Below are positions 53,024 through 64,000 of a stretch of DNA of 64,000 nt, one piece after another (within the stretch, counting starts at the first letter, position 1; every line of letters begins with the position of its first letter). The stretch is from the NCBI RefSeq assembly GCF_000150275.1, contig NW_002060957.1, positions 633,767 to 697,766 of the forward strand. Direction: 5' to 3'. A model generated the notes under the pieces. It saw nothing but the letters and a program-made list of their open reading frames with translations. It was not told the DNA's origin and searched no databases. The stretch is from Trichoplax adhaerens (lineage: Eukaryota > Animalia > Placozoa). The translations under genes and the position numbers were made by a program.

Positions 53024-53362
53024 NNNNNNNNNNNNNNNNNNNNNNNNNNNNNNNNNNNNNNNNNNNNNNNNNNNNNNNNNNNNNNNNNNNNNNNNNNNNN
53101 NNNNNNNNNNNNNNNNNNNNNNNNNNNNNNNNNNNNNNNNNNNNNNNNNNNNNNNNNNNNNNNNNNNNNNNNNNNNNNNNNNNNNNNNNNNNNNNNNNNN
53201 NNNNNNNNNNNNNNNNNNNNNNNNNNNNNNNNNNNNNNNNNNNNNNNNNNNNNNNNNNNNNNNNNNNNNNNNNNNNNNNNNNNNNNNNNNNNNNNNNNNN
53301 NNNNNNNNNNNNNNNNNNNNNNNNNNNNNNNNNNNNNNNNNNNNNNNNNNNNNNNNNNNNNN
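53024..53362. other. Assembly gap (339 N)
   Basis: Run of N; ORFs 52918-53433 and 53020-53376 are artefacts of it. Confidence 1.
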
Positions 53363-53631
53363 GGTTTTGCTACTAAGTCAAATTTCTTTAAATTTGAATA
53401 GACGATCAAACGCCCTTTCTTTAGATTAGGCATTTGCTCTATAGGCTACTTCTATAGTAATCTATATAATACCTTGTAAAATAATGAAGAAGAAAAGATG
53501 GCGACATGATGATTTGGTTGGCAGGGTAAAACTTAAAGACACTATGACTTTGTAGGTATTTTGTATAGTAAAATAATACTAATTACATACTAAAAACTAC
53601 AAAGGACTCTACTTTTAGTCCTTTTACTACA

Positions 53632-54830
53632 CAAGTTTAGTACAGAATAGGGTAGTTCTTGCGAAGTAGGTAAACCTAAGTACTTAAAATAATAAGCGTT
53701 CATACCAGAAAGGTAATAAGATTTGAAACATCATATTTTTTCTACAATATGAAGTAGTTAAGCCGCGCAACGTGTAAGATAAACCAGTTATTAAGCTGTA
53801 ATAAAGTCTCTACCTCGATCTGCTAGTATCCAATTATAGACGATAAAACATCTCAAATTTAAAGGTATAAGGCATTATTAGAAATTTATTATGTAGCAGT
53901 AATAAATATAGTATCATCTTACTTATAAAAATCTAAGTGGTTTCTTTAATTAGTCTTAGCCAAATCTAAATCTTATGAAAATAAACCACAGCGTTCAAAG
54001 TATCAGCTTAAATAAAAATAAATCGTATCTTTTCGTTATTATTAGTCAGTCTAGGCCTGTTACAGGCCTAGTAGGTTACATAATTATCTAATGTAGACAA
54101 GGCTAGTAATGGAATTTTAAATAACCGAAATTTAGGCTTAAATCTACGGTACGAACTTTATATTTCTATAGAGAATGATTCATAAATTATCACTTTTCCC
54201 AAGTGTGTAACTTTCACTATCCCAATTGTTACGCCCGTAATTTGAAGTTATCGTTACTTATCTCGTATACTATTCTACGATATAATTGGTCATCTTACAG
54301 TGAAATGAAAATCTACTTCGCTGCATAAGCCAAGGTCACACACTATTAGTAACTTCGATGACAATTATAATTCACGTCAATTATATTTATCGCTGTCAAA
54401 TTTTAGCTCGTAAAATTGTAACCGTTTTACATAGTTATATTAATAACATACACGTATACTCGCAAAGAGCGTTTCACTTTATGGAAAGATGTACGAGAAA
54501 TACGTCTTAGTTTCAAGCTTTGTCTAATTCCGGTATATATTTTTACATCCTACTTTCACGGTGCTATCTCACGATAGATTAGTTACCGATGTTTTGTAGT
54601 AAAGCTTTATTTAGATTACGAGATAGTTCTTATGGTACTTTACATACCTGGTGCCGTAATATGTGATTGTGACTAATTAGCATGAGATTGTATATTTTTA
54701 TCGCAATCGTTCGGCGAATGAACATATTGCAATCTAACTGCCTTGCATTAATCATCAAATATCTATGACATTAAATTACACCGTTTTAATTAATTAGGTG
54801 TCTAAAATAAATTTACTGCCGGATCTTATT
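53632..54830 (+). repeat. Near-identical ~1.2-kb duplicate of 62801-63999
   Basis: CAAGTTTAGTACAGAATAGG... through ...GCCGGATCTTATT is colinear at an offset of 9169 with only scattered substitutions. Confidence 0.97.
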
Positions 54831-55085
54831 TGTACTTATGATACATCTTTACTTCAAGCTTTATCTGATTCTCGATTATATTTTATAACCTACCGTCACG
54901 ATTCTATCTCACGGTAGTTAGTAATATTTAATGACATAACTTTATTTAGATTACGAGATAGCTCATACTTTGTACATCTCATGCCATAATATATGATTGT
55001 GACTAATTTACATTAGATTGTATATTGTATCTTGATGATTGTGAAAGGATATATGATAATCTAACTGCCTTGCGTTAATCATTAA
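54535..55085 (+). repeat. Older diverged direct repeat (~220 bp, two copies: ~54535-54755 and ~54876-55082)
   Basis: Shared CTATCTCACG, TTTATTTAGATTACGAGATAG, TGATTGTGACTAATT and ATCTAACTGCCTTGC.TTAATCAT blocks. Confidence 0.85.
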
Positions 55086-57733
55086 AGAGCAATAGCTTTA
55101 TCTAAAGGAAGTTCGTTGGATAGTCTACTGAGATTAAAGTAAATTTAAAACTGTAGTAAATCTCTATACTTTGAGAAAGGAGCTATCGTGACATATTAGT
55201 ATCGTACTGTAATGAATACTGTAAATCTTACCGTAACGTATAACTTTGTGTTGTAACAATACAAAGTTATTCTTAACGCCAAAGATTTGTACACGACAGC
55301 CAATTAGTATTCATGACCACATTTGAGATTAATGACCTGCACTATCCCGTGTATCCCTTATCTATACGTATTACAGAGCATAAGGTCACAAATATGTAGT
55401 ATAAAATATGTTTCATTATGCGCAACAATTCTATAAAGAGTCGCTATAATTAGGTTTGCCTATCGCAATCGCATGTCGTGACAATTTGTTAGGCTTATTT
55501 TCGCATTAATGTGGTCAGTTCTTAATTAGATCGATATAATAAATGCTGATAAAGACATAAGTTTTGCTTTTTAATGTTAGATAAAGGGACTAGATTATTA
55601 ATTTTTAAGATTTTGATATAATTGTGCTATATCTAGGTAGTATAGCGTAACATTATAGTCATGAGGTATATATATGTTATGTAACCTATACACAAGTAAT
55701 TTCATACAAAAATAAATGAAAGCTGTCTTACTCGACAGTCTGCTAACGGCCCATCAGGTTATGGTATCTATTGTTATTATTGAATGAATAATATAGCTGC
55801 CACTAGTATTGACCTATATTTGGCTGATGAAAACTACATTTGGGTTGCATAGCGGACAAGGAGTTGAACGGTAGCAAACGTAAAAGCGATACCAATTCCG
55901 GTAGTAAGGGTAGTCAAAGTCTATAGCCAAGCATTCTAAATTTTATGAATTGGCCGTTAGTGCTAAAATAGTGAAATAACACGATAGTACTTTAAAAGGG
56001 ATAGATTATAATGTAGTTAGGCTAACTAATCTAGCAGCTTGCATTTTATGGGTAACTATACTAAGAATTCCAGTAACAAAGAGCTTAATATTTAAAATAC
56101 AGTAAATAATGATACTTTTTAGCCTTGCCCTAAATTCTTGCCGATTTGTTTAACTTATAAATACTGTCTTGTATCAAAGAGCAAGAAATCAGTTTTGAGA
56201 TCATCTTGCTACATATCGCAATAAATTTAAATGATATGTCACACTTATACTAATATTCTACTCTAACGCTCACTATATGTCTAGAAATAGTACGGATATT
56301 ATATGTTACTTTTGTACACTTTCAGTCTTTACTTGGATTACTAGTGTACTTCTACATACAGAATAGATGTAATAGTATACTTCATACAATAAGTATTGTA
56401 CTATTATACAGAATAAAGTTAACATATCATTTTGACTAAACATTGTTAAGATAATGTGTACAAATGCGTTCAGGCATGGAAAAAATTACACAAGTAATTG
56501 TTGTATCAAGGTAATCAAGATGTTACCTTTACTATTATCTATTAAATCTATATGTTGATGTCTGAAAGGAAAAAGTTATAGCTATTACTTATCCAAGAAT
56601 GACCTAATTCAACTTCAAGTTACACAATGGCCTTAGTAGTAGGGTCTTTCTAACACAAACAGCATTACCTATTGGCGAATAAATTAACTATCTAATCTCA
56701 TTTCTATGATTGCAATGATAGCGCTCTTAATATTTCAAAGACTATCTTTACTAAAGAGGTTACGATCAAAATCCATAATCAGCCATTATGCATAGCCAAA
56801 GTCAAATAATTTAAGCGAAATTATCATATTTCGGACTTTGTCCGAATAAATCTATTACTCAAATCCTAACTTACGCACAACTTCGAGGGAGGCGTAGAAT
56901 TAAGCGGTAAAAGTTTCATTAATATAATATGGGTAAGTATTGAAATTATAACCTACTGCTACCTGTTGGTAGACCTACAGAAAGTATTTGCAGCGAAAAT
57001 TTTACTAATACCGTAAAAAGAAGATTTAAAATTGTACTTTATAAATTTCCTTAACAAACATATCGTGACTATTCATACTACACAGGCAGGAATTTTAGCC
57101 TTGAATTACTAATAAAATAGTCACTACTCTACCTTGTACAAGTTAAACACTTCTGGTATATATCGTTATTGTATTATTATCATAATTTACATTCTGTGAC
57201 TAAGAAACGTAAGGTAAAAGTCTATAAGTAGATACTGACTTAAACGCTCTTTTACCAAATATTATACACGCACAGCAAAGTACCGTAAAGATGGAACTTT
57301 TATTAGCATAGACAAATCTACAATTTTTATACATTGCTGAACTCAAAATGTTCCCATTTATATTGTTACCATTTAACTTGTAAACAGCAGCAGTATTATT
57401 ATTATTATACATTTATACATTACTAGGAGAGACATCTGGAACTGAGATATTCCTTACGTAGCTTTTCTATCAGGAAATATTTTTAACCTCATACCCAAAT
57501 TTAACCTTAACCTAAGCATACATGCTAGTTCAACTGTCACTAGCTAGAATTTGAGTCATCGTATTACTATCTACACACAATAATAATCAATATCAAAAAT
57601 GTAATAAACTATCACAGATAATATACACGTAAAGGTATTACTTATTTGTGTAGTACTACAGATACGGATATTTTCCATTTTAGCTACTACTGCACTATTA
57701 AACTATCCTAGCGTTGAGGTGACACCTAAACAA

Positions 57734-59983
57734 TTATACAATGGGGATACTTCCATTGCTTAAGTTATCCACGTCTTTGCTACTTCGAATAGCTGCTTTA
57801 ATACTGAAATAGGCGACTGGAATTAAACTAAGAATAGTGATGCTACCAAAAGCATAACGGAAGAAGAAAAAGGTCTTGAGAAGGCTAGTTTGATAGGATG
57901 CATGAGCCAAGAATTCATAGACGCTCATGCTGATTGCCCATATACTGCCAAAACTATTGAAAACGCTGAGAACGTAGTATGGATATTTCTGTATTGCAAA
58001 CAAGAATAAAATAGTATCCAGTTGGAATAGTGATTCTACTTGTTTTAATAATGCAATAGATATAATATAAATTTACCGCTATTCCGTTATCTGTAGTTTG
58101 GATATCAATTCCGTGTCTAGCTGTTACAATAACCTATATTTGTGACATTTAAGCTAATTTAGTAAGTTATAATTAAGTAAATATGGAAATAGTTAAAAGA
58201 ATCGATTCATTACACTTTCTATTATTGATATAAAATAATCGATCTGTGATTGTTATAAATGTTAATAACTGACCATGATAGCTACAGCTACAGGTGGAAA
58301 TCCGTAAACAGGATAATTCATAATTGCCATATTAAAGATTGCAACAGCTCCTGCAACTGATGCGGAGACCAGCATACCGACATTCATGGTATCAATATCT
58401 GACGATTTAGTAGGTTTTGGCGCTTTATTTAGGACGTCATCGGTAGCTACGATCGCAACGGAGGATAGGATCAATCCAATGAAGGTAAATAGAGTTTGGC
58501 AAAGTGTTAAAATTGTAAAATCGAATCGTTCCCATTTCGTATCGCCCGGTTGGTTAGCATAGCGGACGAGAGTTTGAACCATAGCAATAGTCGATGCAGC
58601 ACTGATTCCAGCGGTAAAGTTAGTAAAAGTTTTAGTCCAGACACCCTAATTACAAAATAAAACATTCATATTACTTAAACAAACATAAAGTGTATCGTAA
58701 TAATCTTCCAACGACAGTAAGTTCTTAATTAGGAATAAATCACTACTATTTATTAAAACGGCGATAAAATACATGATAATGTTCTTTCGACGCTAGTAAA
58801 GTTACGCTTACCAAATCAACAACTTGTTTTTCGTGAGCAATGAGGCCTAGAATTCCAGTAGCGAAAAGCTAAAATTGAACACAAAATGTCAAAGACAGCT
58901 TTTATTAGTTTGTGTAAGCGATGTAAGTTTTTACACTACTTTGGCTGATAACTTGTAATTATTTTAAATTGGAGAAAATACAAGAAACAAGCTGGCAAGA
59001 AACTGCAATTATCCACTTATCAAGATAAAACTCACCATAATAGCATGGAAATTAGCCGTGACAACGTGATATAGATACCACCGTTCCATAAATATAGCAA
59101 CAGATAGCCCAAAAATAGCTAGACTAGTTACTATCATCGCCCAGAAAAGTACCGCTTTGTTGAATGGAGTTTGAACTAGCGAATATTCATTATCGTCAGA
59201 ATAGATACGACGATTTTGCTTAACAGCCACATAGATAGAAACAGCTGCTACGGAAACAAAGCCCGCGATAGGATTGATACGGGTATAAAAAATCCTAACG
59301 AAGAACCACGGCGCTTGAAAAAAAGGCTATGACTAATCTGGCCAATATTGCGGGCGATGCAGCAGATATAATGACAGCTAGAGCAGTAAGACCGGAAGCC
59401 TAGACGATTAACGTTAATTTTAAAATAATTATTGGAGTTTTAATCGATTAAGATCGAATATAATATAAAATAGGGTGAAAAATTTATTGTTAAGAAATTA
59501 AAGATTTAATCGAAAGCGATATCGAAATAAATTACCGTACCTGAGTTGTTGAAGTTGTAGCTAGATCGTTTACTTTTAGCAAAGCTGTAGCAAGTGTAAG
59601 AGCCTATAGATAAGTTATAATAATCCAAGCTAGTTACTAAAAGTTATTTTGGTTACGTAAGGAGATAGTACTCTTAAGAAGTTTATTCGACTACTCAGAA
59701 AAATAAATTAGAAAAGTAGCCGATATTACGTAAGTCGATTCTTCCATTTCGGCTGCAACTATTATGCTATTTTTATATTACATTCCGTAAAGATAAAAAT
59801 AATCTTAACAAACTAAAGTAAAGTTCGACTTACAAGAAGTCCCATCAATCCAAGATCTATCATAAATATATTTTCACAACTCCGCATCATAACTTGGTTG
59901 GAAATATAAGTAAATAGACCACCAAAAAGCATGGCTACGGCTCCAATATAGACAATGATACTCAATTTACGTGGATTATACAT
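57734..59983 (-). CDS. Multipass membrane protein of unrecognised family (~438 aa, 7 exons), with one apparent frameshift
   Basis: Exons 59983-59834, 59603-59541, 59399-59036, 58868-58812, 58645-58274, 58133-58077 and 57988-57734 are all GT-AG and all phase 0, with many hydrophobic segments. Exon 3 is 364 nt and reads through only if one T is removed from the T7 run at 59318-59324. Confidence 0.7.
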
Positions 59984-61300
59984 CTTGAGATTTTTCTATT
60001 CCAATTCAAACTAGAAAATAGTTTACGTGTATTTCTTAGATAAAGTTAAAAGTAATTTAAACGATCCAAGATAGTTTTCGACTAATAATATAGATCATCA
60101 AAGTTAAGATATCAAGGAGAATAACAGCCAAGTTTTTTCTTTTTAGGATGTAAACTCGTTGAAGACAGAAGGCCAATTTAACTGAAATAAGGTTTGTGAA
60201 ATAAGGTTTGTGAAATTGGATCCAAAACGGTTTCTATTGTTGAATTGCCGTTAACAGTTCCTCTTATATAAGATATGATGCGTCAATAAGCGAAGAATAA
60301 TTAACTACTCATCAGCTATGCTATTGAACTTTGATCATAGCTTGAACTCTGACTAGACTATAGAGCTACTGTAACAAATGATACTGAATATTTATTAACA
60401 TTACGTAATGTTTTCAAACTCGGTCCTTAAACTAAAGAACAGTATGAATTTATATTAAGTTTACTCTAGCTGCCAGTAAATATTGTTGCTAGTCTTAGTT
60501 ATTGTTGCATCTACTAGAACGCTACTTTTAATCTCTTCTATGAAGAAAAGCAACAATTAACTTGATCTTGTAGTGATGTAGGGGATCAAGATAAGCATGT
60601 TATTTCTTGATAGTACATTCATAAGGCGATATTATAAAATGTTGATTGGATCATCCTCTAGTGTATAAAAATATAAATAGAAATATTGGTAATAATAAAA
60701 TATAGTAGGAATTTCTAGTATATTTCTATGTCTTCTATTTTTATCTGTTGATGTGGCTACCTATTTAACCATATATGGAATTTGAATTATGTTTCGATTA
60801 TTTACAGTAGAAGGTAAGAATCAACAGAAGACAACAGTCTATTGTTTATAATTTGAATGCGATGATATTAGAATAAATTAATTCTTAATAGCGTTCAAAA
60901 CAGTCCGAAAGAAGATCAGATAGTCATAGACCATGCATACCGAAAATCACATCACAGACGAGGCCAATTCATTGCTTAAATTTAGAATCATATGGAGAAA
61001 CTATTATTAAATTACTACCTGCTAAAATTGATATAGTATAACTGAAGTGGCAATTGTTTAGGCTACAGATAGTTTAGATGAGATCATGTCGGCACTTATT
61101 TAGAATATCTAACATCGGGTATTACTGAGTAGCTGTTAAAGAAATTGTATCAATTTCATACGGTACGTTATCAACATGGTTGTAATGATTTTGTGCTATT
61201 GAGGTAGGTTGTAATACTGTTGTCAACGTTATGCAGCTAGTAATAACAAATGTAAGTATAGTTATGTTGTTAGTGTAAAAGATCTTCTAGTTTAAATTCC

Positions 61301-61413
61301 GCAAAGTTTGATCTCATTGCTCAATTCTTTGTAAAGTAGGCAGGAAATAAGACGTTATTTATCCTATTTACTGCCTACTTTACAAAGATTTGAGCAACGA
61401 GGTCAAAATTTGC
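61301..61413. other. 113-nt inverted repeat (hairpin) with 52-bp arms and a 9-nt loop
   Basis: The left arm GCAAAGTTTG..GGAAATAAGA and the reverse complement of the right arm differ at 6 of 52 positions. Confidence 0.9.
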
Positions 61414-62800
61414 CCTAAGATAGCTTTAAAACAAAGCGTGGAGTAAGAGTGACGTCAGATTGCTAATTTAGAAAGATATGATCAAATTAGCTAAAACTAT
61501 ATATGATAATTAAAAAAGCTACGAAAAGGTTCTTAAACCTTTGAATTATGGCTGAGCATCATGCGCATGCAAGCTTTATAAGATTTACTGCTTTATACTC
61601 CTATACTTGATGATGAGTCAGATAGAATCACCGACAGTTCAACATATTGTATCTGATTTTATAACCCTGGATTTTAGCCACGGAAAGGGAGAAACTGCAG
61701 CTAATGTTTGTAAATAAGCAAATAGAGGATTTGAATACAGGGTATGGAGAATTATAAAAATAATCAGATGATTTATTTTTGATACAGCATTCTTGTATAC
61801 TGATTAAAAGTAAAAGCAGAGGAGCCGCAATTAATATCTGTAGCAAATTAGAGTAAGACTAGTACTGGAGCACAAGCGCTATTAACCAATATTGCGATTA
61901 TAGTATGATGGTTAAACTCTTGATGTATTCGATAGTTAATTAGTCAAAAATTTATCTTGTGTTTTATCAAATAAATAGTTAGCTTCTACAAACAAGTAAA
62001 ACACTAATTCCTTATCGGAGGAATGCCAATTTAGTATTTCTAATGCCTTCAAACCTAACCGTAGAATAGTAGAAAATTGAATTTATGTGCATGTAGCATA
62101 GATTGCAATATATTTCGCTATTCGTATATGATGTATATTAAATAGTAAAGTCTATTCAGTATTTGCTGCTATAATGTATTTTCTACAAAACAGTTCCAAC
62201 AGTTTCTGTGTGATCATGACGTAAATAGAACTTCATGATATTACATGATGTTGTTACCGTAAAAGATTCATACAACATTGTTTCGATTATGATAAAAGCG
62301 TGCGAATAAACGAAGCCGTGAAGTAGTTATTTCTGAATATAAGTTGCAAAATTTCGCATCATCAAAGTTGGGATTGATAACTCTAGTCTAGAGTTAGCTT
62401 ATCTTCTGTAAATAACGCCATTTTATTTATCAGTACATACTAATTAAGCAATGTCTTATTCTCTGTTTAAAATTCTACAGTATCATAAAAATAATATCTT
62501 CTAATAATCGTTTATGTCATTAATTTTAAAGACGAATTTAGTATTATTGATCTCGTTCTCTAAAACGCAGTGATTGATGGAATGTCTAAAAATACTACTA
62601 CACTAAAAGTAATATTTTACTAAATTTGCTGTAATTGGAAATCACATTTATTTAAGGTAAGTAAAGTCTTATTTTGCATATATCTCAATATCGATGTCTA
62701 ACGGAAAGCAACACTCTAATATGGTAATTATCGTTAGAAGCAATGGCAGCTAAATATTGCGCTTATCGAGTTTACATCTGGTAGCGACTGGACATAAAGC

Positions 62801-63999
62801 CAAGTTTAGTACAGAATAGGATAGTTCTTGCGAAGTAGTTAAACCTAAGTACTTAAAATAATAAGCGTTCATACCAGAAAGGTAATAAGATTTGAAACAT
62901 CATATTTTTTCTACAATATGAAGTAGTTAAGCCGCGCAACGTGTAAGATAAACCAGATATTAAGCTGTAATAAAGTCTCTACCTCGATCTACTAGTATCC
63001 AATTATAGACGATAAAACGTCTCAAATTTAAAGGTATAAGGCATTATTAGAAATTTATTATGTAGCAGTAATAAATATAGTATCATCTTTCTTATAAAAA
63101 TCTAAGTGGTTTCTTTAATTAGTCTAAGCCAAATCTAAATCTTATGAAAATAAACCACAGCGTTCAAAGTATCAGCTTAAATAAAAATAAATCGTATCTT
63201 TTCGTTATTATTAGTCAGTCTAGGCCTGTTACAGGCCTAGTAGGTTACATAATTATCTAATGTAGACAAGGCTAGTAATGGAATTTTAAATAACCGAAAT
63301 TTAGGCTTAAATCTACGGTACGAACTTTATATTTCTATAGAGAACGATTCATAAATTATCACTTTTCCCAAGTGTGTAACTTTCACTATCCCAATTGTTA
63401 CGCCCGTAATTTGAAGTTATCGTTACTTATCTCGTATACTATTCTACGATATAATTGGTCATCTTACAGTGAAATGAAAATCTACTTCGCTGCATAAGCC
63501 AAGGTCACACACTATTAGTTACTTCGATGACAATTATAATTCACGTCAATTATATTTATCGCTGTCAAATTTTAGCTCGTAAAATTGCAACCGTTTTATA
63601 TAGTTATATTAATAACATACACGTATACTCGCAAAGAGCGTTTCACTTTATGGAAAGATGTACGAGAAATACGTCTTAGTTTCAAGCTTTGTCTAATTCC
63701 GGTATATATTTTTACATCCTACTTTCACGGTGCTATCTCACGATAGATTAGTTACCGATGTTTTGTAGTAAAGCTTTATTTAGATTACGAGATAGTTCTT
63801 ATGGTACTTTACATACCTGGTGCCGTAATATGTGATTGTGACTAATTAGCATGAGATTGTATATTTTTATCGCAATCGTTCGGCGAATGAACATATTGCA
63901 ATCTAACTGCCTTGCATTAATCATCAAATATCTATGACATTAAATTACACCGTTTTAATTAATTAGGTGTCTAAAATAAATTTACTGCCGGATCTTATT
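62801..63999 (+). repeat. Second copy of the 53632-54830 duplication (runs to the window end)
   Basis: Direct sequence identity with 53632-54830. Confidence 0.97.
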
Positions 64000-64000
64000 G

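Noticed and set aside
52918-53433. ORFs spanning the N run
   Set aside because: Artefacts of the assembly gap.
61628-61846. Possible minus-strand exon (ILIAAPLLLLLISIQECC..)
   Set aside because: It has splice-like ends, but I found no partner exons or recognisable homology.

Overview
AT-rich, intron-dense eukaryotic genomic DNA with many short GT-AG introns. The gene style and a 42-aa TPR-repeat family suggest an early-branching animal, most likely the placozoan Trichoplax (inference, not verified). Recognisable genes: TCTE1/DRC5 (+), two tandem cN-IIIB-type NT5C3 5'-nucleotidases (-), a long ankyrin-repeat gene (+), a TPR pseudogene (+), CFAP65 (-) and a UDP-glycosyltransferase with an intronless CDS (-). 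Two spliced genes reconstructed by hand are absent or fragmentary in the ORF track: a 110-aa orphan head-to-head with CFAP65 that has its own RFX X-box-like site, and a ~438-aa multipass membrane protein with all phase-0 introns and a single homopolymer frameshift. Repeats and mobile DNA: a truncated Gmr1-like Gypsy LTR element (LTR, tRNA-Leu PBS, SCAN-like gag, CCHC, protease, no pol) next to a ~201-bp satellite, and its empty insertion site survives in a nearby duplicate. There are also 46-, 99-, ~190- and ~235-bp tandem arrays, recent segmental duplications around an assembly gap, and a 113-nt near-perfect hairpin. All homology calls rest on recalled motifs; no database search was run.
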